From: an uncultured Christensenella sp.
GTDB lineage: Bacteria; Bacillota; Clostridia; Christensenellales; UBA1242
Direction: 5' to 3'
Length of the DNA stretch: 64,000 bases
NCBI GenBank assembly: GCA_964573405.1
Contig: CAZNJK010000005.1
Span: forward strand, 1,430-65,429
The notes under the pieces were generated by a model. The model worked only from the letters and a program-made list of their open reading frames with translations. It was not told the origin of the DNA and searched no databases. Positions 58,714 through 64,000 of the stretch are shown here, one piece after another (the first letter of the stretch is position 1; each line of letters begins with the position of its first letter). Both the position numbers and the translations under genes were made by a program.

Positions 58714-60013
58714 AGTAACCATTGTCGGTGGCGGGTTAGCGGGCAGTGAATGTGCATATCAACTGCTTAAGCGAGGAGTAGATGTAAAGCTAATTGAAAT
58801 GAAACCTACTAAATTTTCAGAAGCACATCACGACCCTAATTTTGCTGAACTAGTGTGTAGCAATAGTTTAAAATCCAATGACCCAACCACCGCTGGTGGC
58901 CTACTAAAATCCGAGTTGAGATTACTGGACTCTCTTGTCATAAAATGTGCCGATAAGTGCAGTGTTCCGGCGGGGAGTGCCTTGGCGGTAGATAGACATA
59001 GATTTTCACAATTGGTCACCGACGAACTTAAGAAGTTTCCCAACCTTACAATTGAGAATCGGGAGTTAACGCAAATTGACATAACGGAAAACTTGGTGAT
59101 TGCAACAGGACCACTAACAAGCCCTGCACTAATGCAAAATTTAGGCACAATTTTGGGCAGTGATTATTTGTACTTTTTCGATGCAATTGCGTCAATTGTA
59201 AGCCACGAGAGTATTGATTTTAATTCTGCATTTATACAAGACCGATATCAAAAAGGGTCGGGAGATTATATCAATTGTCCTATGGATAAGGCAGAATATG
59301 AAGAATTTTACAACGCGCTTATTAACGGCGAAATTGTGCAATTAAAAGACTTCGAAAATAGCAAAGTCTTTGAAGGATGTATGCCGGTGGAAGTTCTTGC
59401 AAAAAGGGGTGTAGATAGCCTAAGATTTGGCCCGCTTAAACCAGTGGGACTTATAGACCCCCATACTGGCAAACGACCTTATGCAGTAGTGCAGTTGAGA
59501 AAAGAAACAAATAACGACGACCTGTACAATTTGGTCGGATTTCAGACAAACCTAACATATCCCGAGCAAAAACGCATTTTTTCGCTTATCCCAGCACTTA
59601 AAAATGCAGAGTTTTATAGGTACGGAACAATGCACAAAAATAGTTTTGTAAACGCACCAAAAGTGCTAAAAAATTATCACATAGTTTCGCACCCAAATCT
59701 ATTTATCGCGGGGCAATTAAGCGGTGTAGAAGGATATATTGAAAGTATTGCTAGCGGACTTAATGTTGGCCTAAATATGTACAAATATTTGTCCGACTTG
59801 GAAGATGTTGTGTTTGACAAATACACAATGATAGGGGCACTTAACAATTATCTTTCTACTGCGTCTGCCGACAATTTCCAGCCGATGAGTAGCAATATGG
59901 GTTTAATCAACTATGGCGAGATAAAGATAAAGGACAAGAAGGCTAAAAATGAGTTTTTGTCAAATCGTGCCATAGAGAAAGTGAAACAAACAATACTTGA
60001 CAATAATCTATAA
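58694..60013 (+). CDS. trmFO: Methylenetetrahydrofolate--tRNA-(uracil54-C5)-methyltransferase TrmFO (Gid)
   Basis: VTIVGGGLAGSE FAD motif and a position after topA. The ATG at 58694 overlaps the topA 3' end by 20 nt. Confidence 0.95.
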   Translation: MAKKNNKVTIVGGGLAGSECAYQLLKRGVDVKLIEMKPTKFSEAHHDPNFAELVCSNSLKSNDPTTAGGLLKSELRLLDSLVIKCADKCSVPAGSALAVDRHRFSQLVTDELKKFPNLTIENRELTQIDITENLVIATGPLTSPALMQNLGTILGSDYLYFFDAIASIVSHESIDFNSAFIQDRYQKGSGDYINCPMDKAEYEEFYNALINGEIVQLKDFENSKVFEGCMPVEVLAKRGVDSLRFGPLKPVGLIDPHTGKRPYAVVQLRKETNNDDLYNLVGFQTNLTYPEQKRIFSLIPALKNAEFYRYGTMHKNSFVNAPKVLKNYHIVSHPNLFIAGQLSGVEGYIESIASGLNVGLNMYKYLSDLEDVVFDKYTMIGALNNYLSTASADNFQPMSSNMGLINYGEIKIKDKKAKNEFLSNRAIEKVKQTILDNNL

Positions 60014-60044
60014 AGGTTGTTATTATATATTTAAAGGAGTTAAT

Positions 60045-60581
60045 ATGATATCATTTAAAGGAACAACAATAGTGGCAGTAAAAAAGGACGGCCATACTGC
60101 AATTGCTGGTGACGGGCAAGTTACCATGGGCGAGCAAGTTATAATGAAAGGCAATGCAATAAAAGTCCGCAGAATATTCAACGATAAGGTTGTTATAGGT
60201 TTTGCAGGCTCAGTGTCGGATGCATTTGCACTTTCCGCAAGATTTGAAGAATTATTGCAAAAATTTAGCGGTAATTTAATGAGAAGTGCAGTCGAAATGG
60301 CAATAGGTTTTAGAGATGACAAATACTCTAGGAAGTTGGAAGCAATGATGCTTGTGGCTGATGAAAGCAAATTATTAGTTTTGTCGGGCACTGGAGAAGT
60401 AATTGAGCCCGAGTGTGGTGTATGTGCCATAGGAAGTGGCGGCAATTACGCTTATGCTGCTGGTAAAGCATTGCTTGAAAATACTAATCTTTCGGCGAAA
60501 GAAATAGCAATGAAGTCAATTGAAATCGCCGGAGATATATGTGTATTTACCAATCACCACATCACTTGCGAGGAGGTTTAA
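60045..60581 (+). CDS. hslV: ATP-dependent protease subunit HslV (CodW-like)
   Basis: MISFKGTTIVAVKKDG...GDGQVT...GSGG. The ATG at 60045 follows AAAGGAG. Confidence 0.93.
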   Translation: MISFKGTTIVAVKKDGHTAIAGDGQVTMGEQVIMKGNAIKVRRIFNDKVVIGFAGSVSDAFALSARFEELLQKFSGNLMRSAVEMAIGFRDDKYSRKLEAMMLVADESKLLVLSGTGEVIEPECGVCAIGSGGNYAYAAGKALLENTNLSAKEIAMKSIEIAGDICVFTNHHITCEEV

Positions 60582-60583
60582 TT

Positions 60584-61897
60584 ATGAATTTATCACCTAG
60601 AGAAATCGTTAATGAATTAGACAAATATATTATAGGTCAAGATAGCGCAAAAAAGAGTGTTGCTATAGCACTTAGAAATAGATATCGTCGTAGCAAATTA
60701 ACTAAAGAAATGCGTGATGAGATTACGCCAAAAAATATTATTATGCAAGGTCCAACTGGCGTAGGTAAGACAGAGATTGCTAGAAGACTAGCGAAATTAG
60801 TGAAAGCACCTTTTATTAAGGTTGAAGCGACAAAATACACCGAAGTAGGATATGTGGGGCGTGACTGCGAAAGTATGATTCGTGACTTAGTAGAAGTGTC
60901 AGTTAGGCTTGTAAAGGAAGAAAAAATACAAGAAGTAAGCGAAAAAGCCCGCACAAATGTGCTTAACAAACTTACCGATGCACTATTTAAGCAGAAAAAA
61001 GAGCAAAATCCTAATATGGATGATGCAGAACTTAGAAAACAACTTTTTGACGACATCGCAAGTGGTAAGTGCGATAGCGAAGTTATAGAGATTGCAATTG
61101 CCGAACAAGTGAAGCCTATAGGTATTATGCCGGGTATGGGTGGCGGAGATTTTGATATCGGCAATGTCATAGGAAGCATATTCCCGACCCAAAAACGACA
61201 TAAGAAAATCACTATAGAAAAAGCATACAAATTATTGATGAGCGAAGAAAGTGACAAACTTATCGACAACGAAAGTGTCAATTCAGAAGCGATTCGCCGT
61301 GCCGAACAAGAAGGCATTGTATTTATTGACGAAATTGACAAAATCGCCGGCAGAAGTGCATCAAAAGGTCCAGATGTTAGCCGAGAAGGTGTGCAAAGAG
61401 ATATTCTTCCATTGGTTGAAGGATGTTCGGTTACTACAAAATACGGCACAATTAAGACCGATTATATTTTGTTTATATGTGCAGGGGCGTTCCATATAAG
61501 CAAGGTTGAAGATTTAATCCCAGAATTTCAAGGTCGTTTCCCAATTAGGGTTGAACTTCAAAACTTGAATGCAGATGACTTCTATAAAATTCTAACAGTG
61601 CCGAAGAATGCACTTACTAAGCAATATCAAGAACTTTTGAAAGTGGACAACATCAATCTAATGTTTGAGGATAGTGCGCTAAGAAAGATTTCCGAAATTG
61701 CCGAGAGAGATAATGAAACAAGCGAGAATTTGGGTGCTAGAAGACTTCATACAATTATGGAGAGTTTGCTAGAAGAAATATCGTTTAATGCAAATGGAAA
61801 TCACCCTATGACCGATGTAAAAATTGACGCAAAATATGTTGAAAATGCGTTTAAAGATAGTAGTAGAAAGTACGATTTGAAAAAATATGTACTGTAA
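60584..61897 (+). CDS. hslU: ATP-dependent protease ATPase subunit HslU (CodX-like)
   Basis: PREIVNELDKYIIGQ, Walker A GPTGVGKTE, Walker B IVFIDEIDK. The ATG at 60584 follows GAGGAGG. Confidence 0.96.
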   Translation: MNLSPREIVNELDKYIIGQDSAKKSVAIALRNRYRRSKLTKEMRDEITPKNIIMQGPTGVGKTEIARRLAKLVKAPFIKVEATKYTEVGYVGRDCESMIRDLVEVSVRLVKEEKIQEVSEKARTNVLNKLTDALFKQKKEQNPNMDDAELRKQLFDDIASGKCDSEVIEIAIAEQVKPIGIMPGMGGGDFDIGNVIGSIFPTQKRHKKITIEKAYKLLMSEESDKLIDNESVNSEAIRRAEQEGIVFIDEIDKIAGRSASKGPDVSREGVQRDILPLVEGCSVTTKYGTIKTDYILFICAGAFHISKVEDLIPEFQGRFPIRVELQNLNADDFYKILTVPKNALTKQYQELLKVDNINLMFEDSALRKISEIAERDNETSENLGARRLHTIMESLLEEISFNANGNHPMTDVKIDAKYVENAFKDSSRKYDLKKYVL

Positions 61898-61908
61898 GGA
61901 GAAAGAAT

Positions 61909-63156
61909 ATGATAAATATTCCTAAAGGAACAAAAGATATATTGCCAAGCGAGAGTTACAAATGGCAAAGAATAAGAGAAATAATAACTAAATTGCAAAA
62001 CAGATACAACCTAAAAGAGATAAGTACTCCCGAATTTGAGAATACCGAACTTTTTGTGCGTGGTGTAGGCGATAGTAGTGATGTTGTTAATAAGGAGATG
62101 TACACCTTTCTAGATAAGGGCAATAGAAGTATCACTTTAAAGCCAGAAGGGACTGCTGGCGTGGCTAGAAGTTTTATCGAAAACGGGATGTTTAACGACA
62201 CACTTCCTTTAAAAATGTGGTATTTGTCGCACTGTTTCCGCTATGAAAAGCCACAAGAAGGAAGACTAAGACAACACACCCAGTTTGGTGTGGAAGTATA
62301 CGGAGCAAATACTCCTATGTCAAATGCCGAAACATTGCTTATTGCGACTAATTTCTATAGGGAACTTGGCATTAACCCTACTGTAAGCATTAATGATTTG
62401 GGGTGTGAGAAATGCAAAAAGGCATATATTGAAACACTAAAGGAATATATTAGGCCATATTTAAATGACCTATGCCCCGATTGTCAACGACGATTTAATC
62501 AAAATCCGCTAAGACTTTTAGATTGCAAGGTTCCTGAATGTAAGGAAATTCTAAAAAATGCACCGCTTATAAGCAATTGCTTGTGCGACGATTGTAAATC
62601 GGAATTTTCTACATTGCTTGGGATTTTGGATGACTTGGGTGTTAATTATCAAGTCGACCCAAAACTTGTAAGGGGGCTAGATTATTACACCAACTTAGTT
62701 TTTGAATTTGTTGACAACGACAAAAAAATGGGGCAAAACGCACTTGGTGGCGGTGGCAGATACAATAATTTAATTGAACAACTTGGTGGCAAACCAACCC
62801 CGGTAATTGGATTTGGATTAGGAATAGAAAGAATACTACTATATTTGGAAAAGAAAGGCATTGCGATTGAAAATCCAAATAAAGTGGACATCTATATCGC
62901 GAAAGCCACCGATGACAATAAGCACATCTTGCGACTTGCCGAGAACTTAAGAGATAACGGCTATTGCGTAGAAACAGACATCGTTGGTCGTAGTTTAAAA
63001 GCCCAATTCAAATATGCCGATAAATTGCAAGCCCGCTATTGTATTGTAGTTGGCGATGACGAAATTGCAAGAAATGAAGTTATGCTTAAAGATATGAGCA
63101 CTGGTGAACAAAAATCAGTTGCAATTGACAAATTATTAGAGGAGTTAGGAAAATAG
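61909..63156 (+). CDS. hisS: Histidine--tRNA ligase
   Basis: Class II motifs (CFRYEKPQEGRLRQHTQFGVE, GGGGRYNNL, GFGLGIERI) and an anticodon-binding C-terminus. Confidence 0.96.
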   Translation: MINIPKGTKDILPSESYKWQRIREIITKLQNRYNLKEISTPEFENTELFVRGVGDSSDVVNKEMYTFLDKGNRSITLKPEGTAGVARSFIENGMFNDTLPLKMWYLSHCFRYEKPQEGRLRQHTQFGVEVYGANTPMSNAETLLIATNFYRELGINPTVSINDLGCEKCKKAYIETLKEYIRPYLNDLCPDCQRRFNQNPLRLLDCKVPECKEILKNAPLISNCLCDDCKSEFSTLLGILDDLGVNYQVDPKLVRGLDYYTNLVFEFVDNDKKMGQNALGGGGRYNNLIEQLGGKPTPVIGFGLGIERILLYLEKKGIAIENPNKVDIYIAKATDDNKHILRLAENLRDNGYCVETDIVGRSLKAQFKYADKLQARYCIVVGDDEIARNEVMLKDMSTGEQKSVAIDKLLEELGK

Positions 63157-63157
63157 T

Positions 63158-63826
63158 ATGTTTTCACGCACAACACTTTTGATAGGCGATGACAATTTGA
63201 AAAAGTTGGAGCAATCCCATATTGCAGTATTTGGAGTAGGTGGAGTAGGTGGATATGTTGCTGAAATGCTAGTTCGTGCTGGAGTTGGAGAAATTACAAT
63301 CGTCGATTTTGACAAAGTTGATGTTACAAATATCAATAGGCAAATCATAGCACTCCATAGCACAGTGGGGCAGTACAAAGTGGATGTTATGAAAAGTAGG
63401 CTACTTGACATCAATCCAAATCTTAAAATAACTACAATTTGCGACAAATACACACCGCTTAATAGGGAGATTTTCTTTGCAAGGCATTATGATTATGTAG
63501 TTGATGCTATAGATATTGTTACTAGTAAAGTGGATTTAATTAAGTATTGCCATGACCACGACATTAGAGTTGTGAGTGCTATGGGTGCCGGCAATAGATA
63601 TTGTGTACCCGACTTTAAAGTGGTGGATATTTTCAAGACCTACAATGACGGACTATGCAAAATAGTCAGAAAAAAATTGCGAGAACTTGGCATAGAGCAT
63701 CACACTGTCGTATTTACTGATAATTTGCAGAGCAGTAGCGGGGATGTTGTGGGGAGTATATCGTACTATCCGGCAATGTGTGGGTGCGTTCTATCGGGCT
63801 ATGTAATCAATCAACTATTAAATTAA
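63158..63826 (+). CDS. tcdA: tRNA threonylcarbamoyladenosine dehydratase (TcdA, ThiF/E1-like)
   Basis: VFGVGGVGGYVAEMLVRAGVGEITIVDFDKVDVTNINRQ Rossmann/E1 motif, short single-domain form. Confidence 0.8.
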   Translation: MFSRTTLLIGDDNLKKLEQSHIAVFGVGGVGGYVAEMLVRAGVGEITIVDFDKVDVTNINRQIIALHSTVGQYKVDVMKSRLLDINPNLKITTICDKYTPLNREIFFARHYDYVVDAIDIVTSKVDLIKYCHDHDIRVVSAMGAGNRYCVPDFKVVDIFKTYNDGLCKIVRKKLRELGIEHHTVVFTDNLQSSSGDVVGSISYYPAMCGCVLSGYVINQLLN

Positions 63827-63941
63827 AGTGTTTAACAATTAAAAAAGTTGATAATTTTAATGCAATTAAAAATCAAAATAATTAATACTAACATAATAAT
63901 CAAATAAAGATTATCACATACTAAAGAATAAGGAGAGTACA

Positions 63942-64000
63942 ATGAAAATAAAAGAGATTAATGAGTTCTATTTTGAAGAAGAAGTCCTTGATTATTCGGG
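63942..64000 (+). CDS. Start of an unidentified CDS (3' end outside window)
   Basis: AAGGAGAG RBS 5 nt before the ATG at 63942. Only 19 codons are visible (MKIKEINEFYFEEEVLDYS). Confidence 0.35.
   Translation, partial: MKIKEINEFYFEEEVLDYS

Noticed and set aside
1-64000. Alternative genetic code, mobile elements, prophage, a defence island, or tRNA/rRNA genes.
   Set aside because: Conserved genes terminate normally at TGA, TAA and TAG. No transposase, integrase, recombinase, Cas, restriction-modification or toxin-antitoxin-like ORFs were found, and I saw no cloverleaf-like or rRNA-like GC-rich segments in the intergenic regions.

Overview
This 64-kb window is a chromosomal segment from a low-GC Bacillota (Firmicutes) genome that looks Clostridia-like. 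Coding density is high and almost all content is housekeeping. The gene order closely follows three Bacillus subtilis neighbourhoods. (1) ylb region: rsmD, ylbJ, ylbK-like patatin, ylbM/tmcAL, rpmF. (2) yqe-yqf region: nfeD-floA-yqfB-like-yqfC-yqfD-ybeY-era-yqzL-recO, then dnaG-sigA-trmK. (3) ylx-ylq and cod regions: plsX-rnc-smc-ftsY-ylxM-ffh-rpsP-KH-rimM-trmD-rbgA-rnhB, then topA-trmFO-hslV-hslU. The sporulation genes yqfC, yqfD and ylbJ are present, as is the Prp/L27 N-terminal extension system. ppdK and pta-ackA point to a fermentative lifestyle. I saw no rRNA, tRNA, CRISPR array, transposase, integrase or phage gene, and no sign of stop-codon reassignment (TGA, TAA and TAG all end conserved genes). 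I cannot support a clear new multi-gene system. The most unusual loci are: (a) an ABC-exporter pair translationally coupled to a ~1380-aa surface protein with a Big_2 array and a beta-helix-like C-terminus; (b) valS with no T-box, sitting behind a consensus promoter, a Val-rich 81-codon membrane ORF and an intrinsic terminator; (c) three TTGCAA-core palindromes spaced exactly 33 bp apart between tmcAL and pta; (d) an uncharacterised 268-aa protein divergent from a DUF4364-like regulator; (e) a WG-repeat protein inserted into the conserved ftsY/ylxM-ffh junction. All coordinates for starts, hairpins and promoters were derived by hand from the sequence. Family assignments rest on recognised motifs and synteny, not on database searches.
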